Of a stretch of 64,000 bases of DNA, positions 31,325 through 41,868 are shown one piece after another. The notes beneath the pieces were generated by a model that made no database searches, was not told the DNA's origin, and worked only from the letters and a program-made list of their open reading frames with translations. This stretch comes from an uncultured delta proteobacterium (GTDB taxonomy: Bacteria; Myxococcota_A; Polyangia; Fen-1088), in the NCBI GenBank assembly GCA_963796685.1, contig CAWCMR010000026.1, positions 51,031-115,030 of the forward strand, given 5' to 3'. The translations under genes and the position numbers were made by a program. The stretch's first letter is position 1; every line of letters begins with the position of its first letter.

Positions 31325-32568
31325 GCACCCTCCTGCGCAAGGTGGTCGTGCAATTCGTGAAAGGCAGCGAGCATCTCTGGTGAAGGGGCGTTTCCGTGCT
31401 TCTGTTTGTACTTGAGCAGGAAGACCTGTTCGACCGAAAGCTCGCTGAGCCCGACGGCGCCACTCTCAGGCAACCCAACGCCTGTGCCATTGAGCACGGG
31501 TGGGGCGATGCGGACCAGGCGGGCTTCTTTGCCTTCCAGGGCTTCGTCGATGCGCTTGCGCAGGGCAGGCTCGGGTTTGTCGAGGGCGACGTGAACTTCC
31601 AGGAGCGGACGCTGCTCGTCAGGACCGTCGCCACGGTTGGGCAGCGCCTGCAAGATGTCCAACACCGCTTCGAGTGGAAGCGCGCCCCCATTCGGGACGG
31701 AGAGCAGCGGTACGCTGCGAGGAACCTGGAGCTCGCGGATGCTCGTCGTTTGCGCCCCCTCGGTCTCGACCAGCAGGACGGCGTGGTGAACGGCCCTGGC
31801 ATCGAATGAGAGAGGCAACACCGCCCCCGAATATCGAATGTTCTCTCTGCCGCCGACCCGCTGCGGGACGTGGAGGTGGCCAAGGGCAGCGTAGGCGACG
31901 TCCGCGCCAAACACGTCATGGGGCAGGGGATGTTGGTTCCCACCCAAGACCTTGCGTTCGGACGACTCGGACAACTGACCACCCACCATGTAGCAGTGCC
32001 CCATGGCGATCACGGCTTGGTCTGGCGTGCGGCGCGCGTGAATGGCTTGCAGGACTCGCTGGTACAGGGCGCGTGTCCCTTGCACCAGCGGATCGGCGTC
32101 TTGCCCCACGGTGGGGAGATCCGCAGGGCGCAGGAATGGCATGGCGAGGACCCAGGCGGCGGTCGCGCCCTGACGGTCGCGGAGCGGGACGATCATCCGC
32201 TCGACATCGACCTCACCGTTGACCCGGGGCAGCCCGCCCACGACGTGCAGCGGACCAAGCTCGTCGAGGATGGGCCTTGCAGCTTCGAGTCGGGCGGCGG
32301 AATCGTGGTTACCACCGATGACGACGATCTGCAGGCGCGGAGCCCGCGCGTGGGCCTGCCCGAGGAAGTGGTACCAAAGCTTCGTCGCGCTGGCGGGCGG
32401 ATTCGCGGCGTCGAAGACGTCGCCGGCAATGAGCAGGGCGTCGATGCCTTCGCCCGCAATCGTCTCCAGCAGCCAGTCGACGAAAAGCCGGTGCTCATGC
32501 TCGCGCTCGACCCCGTGGAATACGTGTCCAAGGTGCCAGTCGCTGGTGTGGAGAATTCGCAAGGCCAT
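31321..32568 (-). CDS. sbcD: SbcD (Mre11-like) nuclease
   Basis: LHTSDWHLG, AGDVFD, GNHDS, ALGHLH. Confidence 0.93.
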   Translation of the reverse strand: MALRILHTSDWHLGHVFHGVEREHEHRLFVDWLLETIAGEGIDALLIAGDVFDAANPPASATKLWYHFLGQAHARAPRLQIVVIGGNHDSAARLEAARPILDELGPLHVVGGLPRVNGEVDVERMIVPLRDRQGATAAWVLAMPFLRPADLPTVGQDADPLVQGTRALYQRVLQAIHARRTPDQAVIAMGHCYMVGGQLSESSERKVLGGNQHPLPHDVFGADVAYAALGHLHVPQRVGGRENIRYSGAVLPLSFDARAVHHAVLLVETEGAQTTSIRELQVPRSVPLLSVPNGGALPLEAVLDILQALPNRGDGPDEQRPLLEVHVALDKPEPALRKRIDEALEGKEARLVRIAPPVLNGTGVGLPESGAVGLSELSVEQVFLLKYKQKHGNAPSPEMLAAFHELHDHLAQEGA

Positions 32569-32671
32569 CAGGCATCATACGGCGCTTGCCGAGGTCCGCG
32601 CCTGCCGCGCTGTCGAATCTTCACGGTTCTGGTGACCCAATGACGCAAGCATCGACGAAGGGGGCGCGTGC

Positions 32672-33658
32672 TCAGCCAGTCTCGGCGACAATGCGCTCGG
32701 CCAGATTTTGAAATTGCTGGTAGCAGTCACGAACAGCGGTCGCATGGCCACCAATAGCGCCGTCAGCTGGTTTTAGGAGAAACATTGGTTTGCGGGCATC
32801 CTGTGCCATTGGCATCAAGCTCTTGAAGTGCTTGATCATGGCCAGTTGGTTTGGATCACTTTCGCCTTCGTCTGCGGCCATGCGAGTCTGCAGGACTTCG
32901 TCGGCGTAGACCGCAGGGATTCGCTCAGCCCATTTTCGGTAGGCTTTGACGGGGCGGTTGCTGCGCACCGATGGATTCAGAAGAACGTATCCGATGGGTT
33001 TCATGGCGCCACTGGGCATTGCCATGTTTGCGGGGACTCGGCCACTGCTGCGCTTGCTCCAGCCAGTGCGCCAATTACGCAGGGTTGGGCCAAGGTTACG
33101 CAACCCCTGAAGGGAAAAGAGATCGGCGCCGAGAGGGATGACCACATAGTCGGCAGCGACGAGGGCCGCACGGTTCATCGCGCCGACGTTCGGCCCGACA
33201 TCGATCAGAACAATATCGAGATCCTGGGATTCCGCAGCCGACTTCATGAGGCGGTAGAAGGCAGTCATTACGCGAAAGCCGTCACCTGCGTTGGCGGGAT
33301 TGTCGTCGAGACACATACTCCATGCTTCCGACAGACGATCTTCGAACAGGCTGAGTCCTAGGTCGCCGGGAATGAGATAGAGCTCGTCAGCGATCTGCTT
33401 CATCTTTGCAGGCCCAATGTCCCCCAGCCTCTGAATCAGCGGATCGATCACACCGGCGATAGTCGACAGGTGATCGCTCTGGGGCCAAAGGAGCTCGAGC
33501 TCGGATTCGTCGACGAACGCGCTGGTGAGATTAGACTGCGGGTCGAGGTCCATAGCAAGGACGCTGTAGTTCAATTCGCGGAACATCCAGGCCAGGTGAT
33601 AGACCAACGACGTCTTACCAACCCCTCCCTTGTTGTTGAAGAACGCAATGGTTTTCAT
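32672..33658 (-). CDS. ParA/Soj-family ATPase
   Basis: FNNKGGVGKT, DLDPQSNL, IDVGPN. Confidence 0.9.
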   Translation of the reverse strand: MKTIAFFNNKGGVGKTSLVYHLAWMFRELNYSVLAMDLDPQSNLTSAFVDESELELLWPQSDHLSTIAGVIDPLIQRLGDIGPAKMKQIADELYLIPGDLGLSLFEDRLSEAWSMCLDDNPANAGDGFRVMTAFYRLMKSAAESQDLDIVLIDVGPNVGAMNRAALVAADYVVIPLGADLFSLQGLRNLGPTLRNWRTGWSKRSSGRVPANMAMPSGAMKPIGYVLLNPSVRSNRPVKAYRKWAERIPAVYADEVLQTRMAADEGESDPNQLAMIKHFKSLMPMAQDARKPMFLLKPADGAIGGHATAVRDCYQQFQNLAERIVAETG

Positions 33659-34842
33659 GGGCGCTTTCGCAAGATCATCAGCATATGGTTCTCTCCAACT
33701 TCGTACTCCAAAAGCGGACTGCCGTTGCGGATAAGCTCCTGCTGAGCCACGGCGATTCCGCGACCGAACCGGTTAACGAAGCCCAAGGTCTTGGCTGCCT
33801 CCGCAAGCACGGGATTTCGGTAGGAGACACCGTTTGGAAATTGCCGACGGTTCAAGTCGCCGAACAAGGAGCCAGGATTTTGGATCTCAATCCGATCCGA
33901 AAACTGATTGATCGAAATAGGTGTGGTGGAGTTGTCGTAATTTCGGTGGATGACGGCATTCATGAGCAATTCGTGAAGAGCTATTTCCGGGTAATCCTGG
34001 ATCGTCGTCTCCGAAAGATCGGCCAGGCGCATTGGCCGGGCGTTCGCGATATCCTGAGAGAGTTGGTCCAGGCCTCGCATGACCTGAAGAAGGTCGCCAC
34101 CGAGCCGCCTTTCCACCATGACTTCCGTCGCCTGGCTTTCACCCGCGTAACGCACGTACTGTACGTACGCTCCGGGGACGAAGGATTCAGGATCCTTTCC
34201 AAAGAGCAGGAGCGCTCCGTTGGTAGGGGCATCGAGCGGCTTGTGGTAGAATCTCAACGATCCAAGTTGTTCTTCGATTGGGCGGCCGTTTTCCTCGATG
34301 ACCTGGCGTGAAACTGCCTGTGGCAGGTAGGTGAGCCGAAACAGCTCGATAGCGAGATCGTCGAGTGAAGAGCCCACGCATGCCTGGAGATCCCACGTCC
34401 TCGCACGGTCGACGCGCCGTTCGGTCAGCCTCCGTTCCTCTTCAGGACTCGCCAACCTGGCGCTTGGCCCGACTCGAATCCACGTCTGCATACGATACCG
34501 TACCGGCGGAAGGTCTGAAGGTTCTACCTTTACGACTGCGATGGGGACTCCCCGATAGTCCACCTTCGCGACCTCCATCCTTGGCATCGGAATTATCTGT
34601 CCGTTGCTTCGGTGGCTGGCGAGTGACTCAAGAAGGCGCTCGTCGATAAGTACACCGGCCGGAACGCCGTTCCTATCGACACCGATGCAAAGATAGCCAG
34701 GCAAAGCGTGGCCAGGCATGTCATTGGCGAAGGCACAGATCGCCTTGCAGTACTTATCGGAGTCCTTCACACCCTCGGTACGCTCCACGCGATCGGATTC
34801 AAGGGCGCTTAGAAGACGTTCGACTTCATGGGGATCGATCAA
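33655..34842 (-). CDS. AlbA_2 (Schlafen-like) + HATPase_c_4 protein
   Basis: ESDRVE, ICAFAND..GYLCIGV; YPEIALHELLMNAVIHRNY, RNPVLAE..GFVNRFGRGI; ATGA overlap with parA. Confidence 0.8.
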   Translation of the reverse strand: MIDPHEVERLLSALESDRVERTEGVKDSDKYCKAICAFANDMPGHALPGYLCIGVDRNGVPAGVLIDERLLESLASHRSNGQIIPMPRMEVAKVDYRGVPIAVVKVEPSDLPPVRYRMQTWIRVGPSARLASPEEERRLTERRVDRARTWDLQACVGSSLDDLAIELFRLTYLPQAVSRQVIEENGRPIEEQLGSLRFYHKPLDAPTNGALLLFGKDPESFVPGAYVQYVRYAGESQATEVMVERRLGGDLLQVMRGLDQLSQDIANARPMRLADLSETTIQDYPEIALHELLMNAVIHRNYDNSTTPISINQFSDRIEIQNPGSLFGDLNRRQFPNGVSYRNPVLAEAAKTLGFVNRFGRGIAVAQQELIRNGSPLLEYEVGENHMLMILRKRP

Positions 34843-35134
34843 CTGGGAAATCTCCTGACTGGAATGGACGGCTGGCTAGCTTAGCAGAGGTCAGCTTCGC
34901 CATGGAGTACTGCTGCAAGTGAAGGCATTCTGGAGTCGCGGCCTGGGCGCGTGCCGCATTGGGACACACGCGTCGCGCTCAGGCCTTGGTTACCGCAGTC
35001 CGCATCGTCGATGCAGGTGTCACCGGGCGTGTGGCAGAAGTAGCCGTGTCTGCAGGCACCGCCGGCCGCACATGGCACCTCGTTTTGGCCGGCGTAGCAC
35101 CTGGTCGTGCCGTGGCACATGTGCTGCCCTCTCT

Positions 35135-36200
35135 CTACGCGTCCGCTCGTCGCAACTTGTCGAGCCACTCTTGTGACCGGGAGACGAGCGTCTCTACGCG
35201 GTCGCGAGTCCAGGTTCGCTCGCCTAACCAGAGGCATCGGGCGAATCGGTGATCCTTTTGGTATGCGTCAACGAAATCGGCAAGTGCGGTGGCGGCCCGG
35301 AAAAGCAGTATGGAGTCGGCGGGCCCAGGGTGGTCGAGGTGAGCCGAGGCAAGCCGGGCCAGCGTTTGTTCCTCGCGCGCCTCGCGTATCCACGCTCGGT
35401 CAAGCACTCGGAGAGCGCCATCCACGTCTCCACGGGCAACATGCCTGTCTGCTTGGTGTGAGGCCCACACCAGCCCCGTCAGGCCGGGGCCCGTGTCCAA
35501 GTCTGGCAGTGCTGTCTCAGACTGTCCGGCAACCAGAGCCGAAGCCAGCTCGCGAAGGGACTCGATGTGACAGTGCTCGTCCGTCGGGGTGGCCGACCAA
35601 ATCTCCAGCGCATCCTCTGGCTTGTTCAGCTGGAGAAGAACGAGTCCTTGTAGATGGAAGAGGTGCTCGCGGGTATGTGCATCCGCCGTCTCTGCCAGCA
35701 GGCTCTCCCCGGTCCATCGACCCGCCTCGGCATCGCGCTCGATGCCCGCGAGGCGCACATAAATGTCCCTCGGGTAGCGTTCCTCCGCCAATCGCAGGAT
35801 GTCGTTCGTCGTGTCGTCATTGTCGGAGCTCTTCACCAGCCCAAGAAGAGAGAGCATTGCCGCAGGTGAATCGGCCGAACGGCATCGCTCCATGGCCCAC
35901 GCCGGGCGGCGCGCCTCGGGGACCAGGAAGAATTCCCTTTGCAGGGCCTCGTGCATTTTGGAATCAGGCCTTGGCGAGCACCAAAGCAGATGCGTCCTTC
36001 CCCGTCGGATTCACCTCGCGGATAAGCTCGATGAGCTCCTGTGCCGATGGCAGAATCCGGCCGGCGAGAACGTCCTGCGGGGCAAGCCGTTCCCCGGACT
36101 CGCGCCCTTTCGCTGTGCGTGCCATCGGGCGAAAATGTACTACATCGGAGGCGCGATCGCGTAGGGCCTGTGCTTTCCCGCCGAAGGGCGGGGCACCCAT
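35135..36200 (-). pseudogene. Disrupted helical (TPR-like) hypothetical protein
   Basis: Two adjacent ORFs (35964-36200, 35135-35956) with protein-like composition, broken near 35960. Confidence 0.4.
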
Positions 36201-36339
36201 TCGACAAAAAGGTACTCAAGCTCGTGCGGCACTCTGTCGAGAGTCTTCCCTGCACGCAGGCACTATCATTACTCGCCCTGTTTGCGAAAGGCGACTCGGC
36301 CTCCCGGCTTGGTCGCCTTTTCCCTTTTGCCGTGAGCTT

Positions 36340-36606
36340 GCCGTGGGATGTGTCTGTCCCATTGGCACCAAGGTGTGCAGTCCAGGATGCTCGAATTCCT
36401 CGGACTGCAACGCGGGCGAAGCGTGCACTGGCCGACATTGCGTCCCGGCGGCTTGTCAGAACGACCGGGATTGTCCGACTGATTTTGCCTGCACCGGTGG
36501 AACCTGTGGCCGCAAGACGTGCACCACGGATGCCGATTGCAACGGCTACTGCGTAACCGGGGCATGCTATTCCACGCCAGGTACTTGCTATGGACCTGTC
36601 GCGTGA
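36340..36606 (+). pseudogene. C-terminal Cys-rich (CxxDxDC) repeat fragment
   Basis: CSNSSDC, CQNDRDC, CTTDADC ending in TGA; no credible start. Confidence 0.55.
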
Positions 36607-36650
36607 AAAGCTAGTATCATAGTTCTCCATCACTACTGCGGAGGGGAACC

Positions 36651-39600
36651 TTGGAACGACGACCTGACTTGGTTTTAGATCATCGCTTCTCGACAGCCTT
36701 CTCGCTGGTGGCCGTGCTGCTGACCAGCTGTTCAGGAGGGACGGGAGCGTCGCTCGACGCTCGGGGCGCTGCCGGGGACGGCGCGACGACCGACCGGCCC
36801 GCCGACGCCAAGGGCGGTGTCGATGCGGGCACGGGTGGGACCGGCGGCACCAGCGCCGCGGACGACGGAGCCGCGCGCGCGGACGGCGCGGAGGGCGGCA
36901 GCGGAGGCGCGGACGCGCCGACGGGCGGGACCGGGGGCATCGACGCGGCAATGGGCGGCAGCGGGGGCACGGACGCGCCGACGGGCGGGACCGGGGGCAT
37001 CGACGCTGCGATGGGCGGCAACGGAGGCACCGACGTTGCAATGGGCGGCAGCGGGGGCACCGACGCGGCGATGGGCGGCAGCCCAGGCACCGACGCAGCG
37101 ACGGGCGGAAGCCCAGGCATCGACGCGGCGATGGGCGGCGGCGCAGGTATTTGGCCCGGCCCCCCGTTGACGGTCTCGAGCTCGTTCTATCTCGAGCAGC
37201 CGCAGCCCGTGGCCGCGGGCTCCGCTGATTACAAGAGCCCGTCGATGGCTTGCGCATCGAACGGTTGCCTGGTCGCGTACGCACAGACCATCGGGTATCG
37301 GAACATGGTCGTCGCGACCAGGGTCAGCACGACCGGGATCATCCTCGGGCGGACCGCGCTCACGAAGCTCGACGACATCAACAGCGGGATTGCACGCGTG
37401 ATGGTCGCCAGCAGCGGCTCCGACTACCTGGTCTATTCGAGCTATTCCGTCACTGCAAACACGACGCTCCCCATCCACAAGTTCCAGCTCGTCGACACGT
37501 CGGGCACGGTGCAGGCAGAGAGCACGACCGTCTTCGGCAGCGATACGCCCGAGGACGTCCACGTGTACGGCGGCGGCGCCAACTACCTGGTCGTCTATGC
37601 CGATCGCTACGGCGCCGAGACCACGATGCTGCTCAGCGCGCGGCTCGCCCCGGTCGGAGCCAAGTACGCCACTTGGACCACGCTGCCGGGGTTCAATGCC
37701 ATTGCGGGCGCGGGCCGCTACCTGTTCGCGACCAACAGCGGCTACGTCCTGATCGACGACACCACGGGCACATCGGTCGGGTCCACCGGAGCGTTCTGGC
37801 GGTACGGCAACCCGTCCGGCACGCCGGTGGGTTTTCACGCGAACGGCACGTTCTTCCTGCTTGGCACGCGCCCGTCCGCCTCGTTCAGCTACGACACCTA
37901 CGGCATCCGGGTCCAGGCCAGCGACGGGACGCTGCTGGATCCGGACGACGACTTCAACCAGAGCTCGGGCGGCGTGCTGCTGTGCCAGGGCTGCTATCCC
38001 GGCGTACAGACCGCGAACCTGGTCGCGGGTGGCGGCTTCGCCACCATCGCCGGCTCAGACGGCTTTCGCTTCACGCTGTCGCCCTTCGCGCGCGTCGGCG
38101 ATGTGACCAGTGCCGACGTGTCGCTGGGCGGCCACGCGCCGACCCTGCTCCAGCCGGTTGGCGCGGGCGTGGTTGCGCTCGAGGGCGGGATGCTCGACCT
38201 GTTCTCCGTCGGCGCGAGTCCCTTCGCCCTCGGCTACACCGGCGGTGCGATCGCGATCCCGCGCACGCCCGACGTCTCGGAGCTCTCGGCCGCATACGCC
38301 GCGGGCCGCTTCCTGGTCGCGGGAAACGGAATGAGCCCGACGTTCCTCCTCGACGACCAGGGGACACTCGCGTCGGTCGCGGGCGTGGGCGGAGGCGGGC
38401 AGGTGGCCTCGAACGGGACCGACTTCCTGCTGACCCAGCAGCAGAGCAACCAGGTCGTCTCCCGCCGCGTGGGCGCCGACGGCTCCGTCGGCCAGTCGTC
38501 CACCTGGACGTACGACCCGGGCTCCTACGCTACCCAGTTCAAGCTGACGTCGAACAATCGCTACTACCTGCTGACCGCGCTCGGTGTCCCGAGTATCAGC
38601 GGCAGCGCGACGGTCTCTGGCATTCGCATCGCCAGCGACGGGACGTTCGTCGATGGCGGCCAGGGGCTGCTCAATGGGACGGGGTACTCGGTCGCCGCTG
38701 ACACGTCGCCGGCGCCGGATCAGCGCACGTTCGGCGTGTTCACCCTCGACGGGTACGGCGGCGGCGCCGGGTGGCTGCGGCTGCGCTCCGAGACCGGGAC
38801 CAAGATCTTTTCGATGGGCGCGCTGCCCGGCTCCGGCGTCGGGAGGAACTCGTATTTCACCAGCGATGGCACGTACTTCACGGACGTCTCCCAGGAGCTG
38901 ATCAATCTGCAGTACCAGACGTCCATCACGCTGCTGCTGCCCGGGACAGGCGACACGGGCCCCACCGCGACCCTCGGGGCGGTGCCGAGCAACGCCTCGG
39001 TTCGCGGAGCGTGGTGGGACGGCCGGTCGTACCTGGTCGGGCTCATGTACGCGGACACGGCGTCCGGCGACCCGAATGCGCGCTTCGCCATCACCCGGTA
39101 TTCGTCCGGGCTGGAGTTGCTCGATACCGAGCGCGGCGACGGACGTGACGTCATCCCCGACAAGCCCCACCCGGGCATGGACACGGCGCCCGCCGTCGCC
39201 AGCGCCGGCAACGGCAAGAGCCTCATCGCGTACCTCTACGCCGATCCCCTGTACGGCGGCGTCACCGTCAAAGGCGTGATCGTGCAGAACAACGGCTACC
39301 GCAGCGGGTTGGTCACCACGGCGACCTGTGATACCGGCGACTACTTCGACTTCGGCGGCTTGCGATCGATGGAAGGCGGCGGCGTCGGAAGCGATCCGAC
39401 CAGCTGCGACCCGCAGGTCACGGGCTACTTCGCGGCGAGCGTCGGACAGACCGATCTGATGCTGGGACGGAACTACCTGACCGAGCTCGGCGAGGCCGCG
39501 CCGAAGCACTGGGAGAGCGCGCTCATCAGCCTCGGCGGCGAGCCGCCGACCACGTTCCCGGCTACCTACGCCGTCTCCGACGCCGGTCTGCCTCCCGCGC

Positions 39601-39800
39601 CGGGCTCTGCCTGGATGTCCTTCGACACGAACGACATGCACGCATCCTGTGTCGGCACCGGCGGGACCGTGAGGCTGACTGCCTACGGCGCCGTCGGCGG
39701 CCGGATCACCGGCTCGTACGCCGGTGTGACCTGGACGGGCACCGCCTGCCCGGGAACGCCATCGGGCGAATTCTCCATCACGCGCGAGGCGGATCACTGA
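36651..39800 (+). CDS. Large surface lipoprotein with Gly-rich repeat linker and beta-rich body
   Basis: GGAGGGG RBS + TTG; lipobox LTSC; repeated vASnGtdfLv motifs. Confidence 0.8.
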   Translation: MERRPDLVLDHRFSTAFSLVAVLLTSCSGGTGASLDARGAAGDGATTDRPADAKGGVDAGTGGTGGTSAADDGAARADGAEGGSGGADAPTGGTGGIDAAMGGSGGTDAPTGGTGGIDAAMGGNGGTDVAMGGSGGTDAAMGGSPGTDAATGGSPGIDAAMGGGAGIWPGPPLTVSSSFYLEQPQPVAAGSADYKSPSMACASNGCLVAYAQTIGYRNMVVATRVSTTGIILGRTALTKLDDINSGIARVMVASSGSDYLVYSSYSVTANTTLPIHKFQLVDTSGTVQAESTTVFGSDTPEDVHVYGGGANYLVVYADRYGAETTMLLSARLAPVGAKYATWTTLPGFNAIAGAGRYLFATNSGYVLIDDTTGTSVGSTGAFWRYGNPSGTPVGFHANGTFFLLGTRPSASFSYDTYGIRVQASDGTLLDPDDDFNQSSGGVLLCQGCYPGVQTANLVAGGGFATIAGSDGFRFTLSPFARVGDVTSADVSLGGHAPTLLQPVGAGVVALEGGMLDLFSVGASPFALGYTGGAIAIPRTPDVSELSAAYAAGRFLVAGNGMSPTFLLDDQGTLASVAGVGGGGQVASNGTDFLLTQQQSNQVVSRRVGADGSVGQSSTWTYDPGSYATQFKLTSNNRYYLLTALGVPSISGSATVSGIRIASDGTFVDGGQGLLNGTGYSVAADTSPAPDQRTFGVFTLDGYGGGAGWLRLRSETGTKIFSMGALPGSGVGRNSYFTSDGTYFTDVSQELINLQYQTSITLLLPGTGDTGPTATLGAVPSNASVRGAWWDGRSYLVGLMYADTASGDPNARFAITRYSSGLELLDTERGDGRDVIPDKPHPGMDTAPAVASAGNGKSLIAYLYADPLYGGVTVKGVIVQNNGYRSGLVTTATCDTGDYFDFGGLRSMEGGGVGSDPTSCDPQVTGYFAASVGQTDLMLGRNYLTELGEAAPKHWESALISLGGEPPTTFPATYAVSDAGLPPAPGSAWMSFDTNDMHASCVGTGGTVRLTAYGAVGGRITGSYAGVTWTGTACPGTPSGEFSITREADH
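36894..37139 (+). repeat. 30-bp in-frame tandem repeat x8 (GGxGGxDAxx)
   Basis: Eight degenerate 10-aa units visible in DNA and protein. Confidence 0.85.
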
Positions 39801-39819
39801 TCCCGAGTTACCCCAGGTG

Positions 39820-40914
39820 TCACTTCATGCAGGTTGGGCAGGGTGGTGGCGAAAAGTTGAGCGCCCAGCAGATGGCATCGCCGTCGGTTCCTAACCCGCA
39901 CACCTGGTCAGAGCCCACACTGACAGAGGAAAACGTTCCTGTGGGAATGGTGCCTGTAGGTGGCGTGGCTTGCGCATTGGGACCGTCCCAGCATACGAGG
40001 GTTCCGTCTGTTCTCACTCCGCAAGATTCGACGACCCCAATGCTGATCGAGGTGAACGTGCCTGCTGGAGGGGCTGGTTGCTCGCCCCAGCATGCGAGGG
40101 TGCCGTCCGTCTTCACCCCACACGCGGCCCCCCCTTGCAGGCTGAGGGAGATGGAGGTGAAGGTTCCCGTCGGAGGCGGACTTCCTCCAGCCGCGTGGCC
40201 CCAGCAGGCAAGAGTATCGTCCGTCCTCACTCCGCATGCGTCGAGACCGCCAACACTCACGGATGTGAACGTGCCCGAAGGTGGTGTGGAGTCGCCGTCG
40301 GTTACGAAGCCACCCGAACAGGCAGCGGTGCCGTCTGTTCTTATCCCGCAGAGCACGGAAACACCGGTGCTTACCGAGGTGAATGTCCCGCTTGGAGGTT
40401 CGACTGGGCCGTTCTCGTCGATGACGCCATTCCAGCAGGAAAGGGTTCCAAGCGTCTCCACCCCGCACGATCCGCTATAGCCGAGGGAAACGGAGTTGAA
40501 TGTTCCACCAGGCGGCTCGCAAGTGCCATAACCGCCTACAACCCAGCAAGCGATGGTTTTATCGACCCGGGTGGCACAGGCGCAAACTGAGCCAACGCTC
40601 ACCGACGTGAAGGGGCCGGTGATTACTGTCACCGAGGCGTCGGTGGTCCCTCCAGTGCCCCCAGCACCGCCGTATCCAGTATAGCCACCGCTGCCTCGAG
40701 GGAACGCAGTGCTGCCACCGGTACCAACGATCGTACCTGCTGTCACTGGTGCTCCAGCGGCAGGAACCACCGTGCCAAGGCCCGTGCGTCCGCAGGAGGG
40801 CGCGGCGACCAAGACGGAAGCTGCAAGGACCGAGGCTAGGCGGCGCACGACTTGTATCGTACGCACCGGTAGCTTGCTTGCCAATGCATTCCGGGTGCCG
40901 CGTCGTCCGGTCAA
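39820..40914 (-). CDS. RCC1/BLIP-II-like repeat lipoprotein
   Basis: Lipobox-like APSC; about 7 repeats PP.GTFTSVS.G...CG..TDGT..CW; start may be GTG 40848. Confidence 0.8.
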   Translation of the reverse strand: MTGRRGTRNALASKLPVRTIQVVRRLASVLAASVLVAAPSCGRTGLGTVVPAAGAPVTAGTIVGTGGSTAFPRGSGGYTGYGGAGGTGGTTDASVTVITGPFTSVSVGSVCACATRVDKTIACWVVGGYGTCEPPGGTFNSVSLGYSGSCGVETLGTLSCWNGVIDENGPVEPPSGTFTSVSTGVSVLCGIRTDGTAACSGGFVTDGDSTPPSGTFTSVSVGGLDACGVRTDDTLACWGHAAGGSPPPTGTFTSISLSLQGGAACGVKTDGTLACWGEQPAPPAGTFTSISIGVVESCGVRTDGTLVCWDGPNAQATPPTGTIPTGTFSSVSVGSDQVCGLGTDGDAICWALNFSPPPCPTCMK

Positions 40915-41669
40915 GCCGGCTTGATTCCGCGAACCATCTCGCGAAAGCAGCGCAAGGTGAGCCCACCATCCGGCCGTGGAGTGGGCGCGAAGCCTCTCGC
41001 GGTTCCGGAAAGCAGCATGGCCCGAACCTCTGGCTTGCTCTTACTTGGCGTCCCGCGGTCGAACCACTCGTCGAAGTCCAGCTCGAACTCCTCCTCGCGC
41101 AACGCAAGCTGCACCAGCCCTGCCTCGGCAAGCAAATCGGCGAGCCTGCCCGGCGTGGGATTGGCCGCGTGGGTTCGGTCGCGTGCCCGTTCGATGGCCT
41201 GGTGCCAGGCCGCCGCTTCGGGCATGGGATTGGTCGTGTGGTCGTAGACCACGACCACCCCGCCAGTGCGTACATGGGCCAGCTGCGCGCGAACGAGAAG
41301 GAGAGGATCGGGTGCGTGGTGTGCGACGAATCGCGACACAGCCGCATCGAAACCCTGTCGTCTCGAGTCGTGCACGGAGCCCTGCTCGAAGGTCGCTCGC
41401 TGGCCAAACCGCGCGCAACGCTCGCGTGCTCGGAGCACCATCTGTTCCGACAGATCGACCCCGACCACCGAATGCCCCTCGGTCAAGAACGCCTCCGCGA
41501 CCAAGCCCGGACCGCAGCCCACGTCGAAGACCCGCGAGCATGGCGCAAGGTCAGTGAAATGCACCAAGCGCGCAAGCGCCGCGGGATCGGATTGCACGGG
41601 GGCCTTCTCGAACTTGGATGCCTGGCCATCGAAGGCCAAGGCCAGCTCCTTTTCCTGTGCTTCGGACAT
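40911..41669 (-). CDS. Class I SAM-dependent methyltransferase
   Basis: VFDVGCGPG, VVGVDLS, FDAAVSRFVAHH. Confidence 0.88.
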   Translation of the reverse strand: MSEAQEKELALAFDGQASKFEKAPVQSDPAALARLVHFTDLAPCSRVFDVGCGPGLVAEAFLTEGHSVVGVDLSEQMVLRARERCARFGQRATFEQGSVHDSRRQGFDAAVSRFVAHHAPDPLLLVRAQLAHVRTGGVVVVYDHTTNPMPEAAAWHQAIERARDRTHAANPTPGRLADLLAEAGLVQLALREEEFELDFDEWFDRGTPSKSKPEVRAMLLSGTARGFAPTPRPDGGLTLRCFREMVRGIKPA

Positions 41670-41868
41670 GGCGAGCTCAATTCTAGCAGCACCCGTCCAG
41701 AAGGCGTGGAAAGGGGCGCTCCCTGCGAGGACTTCGGAGCCCATGGGTGTCGCAGCGAGGCGAAAGGCCGCATGATTGCGGAATCTGCGGCTGCGAATCC
41801 GGCGCTTCTGCGGCTGGATGGCATCGTGTCGCGGAGACATACTCAACCACTTGAATGGAGGCCAAACC

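Noticed and set aside
36894-37139. Regular repeats as a possible CRISPR array
   Set aside because: Tandem in-frame coding units with no unique spacers; no cas genes in the window
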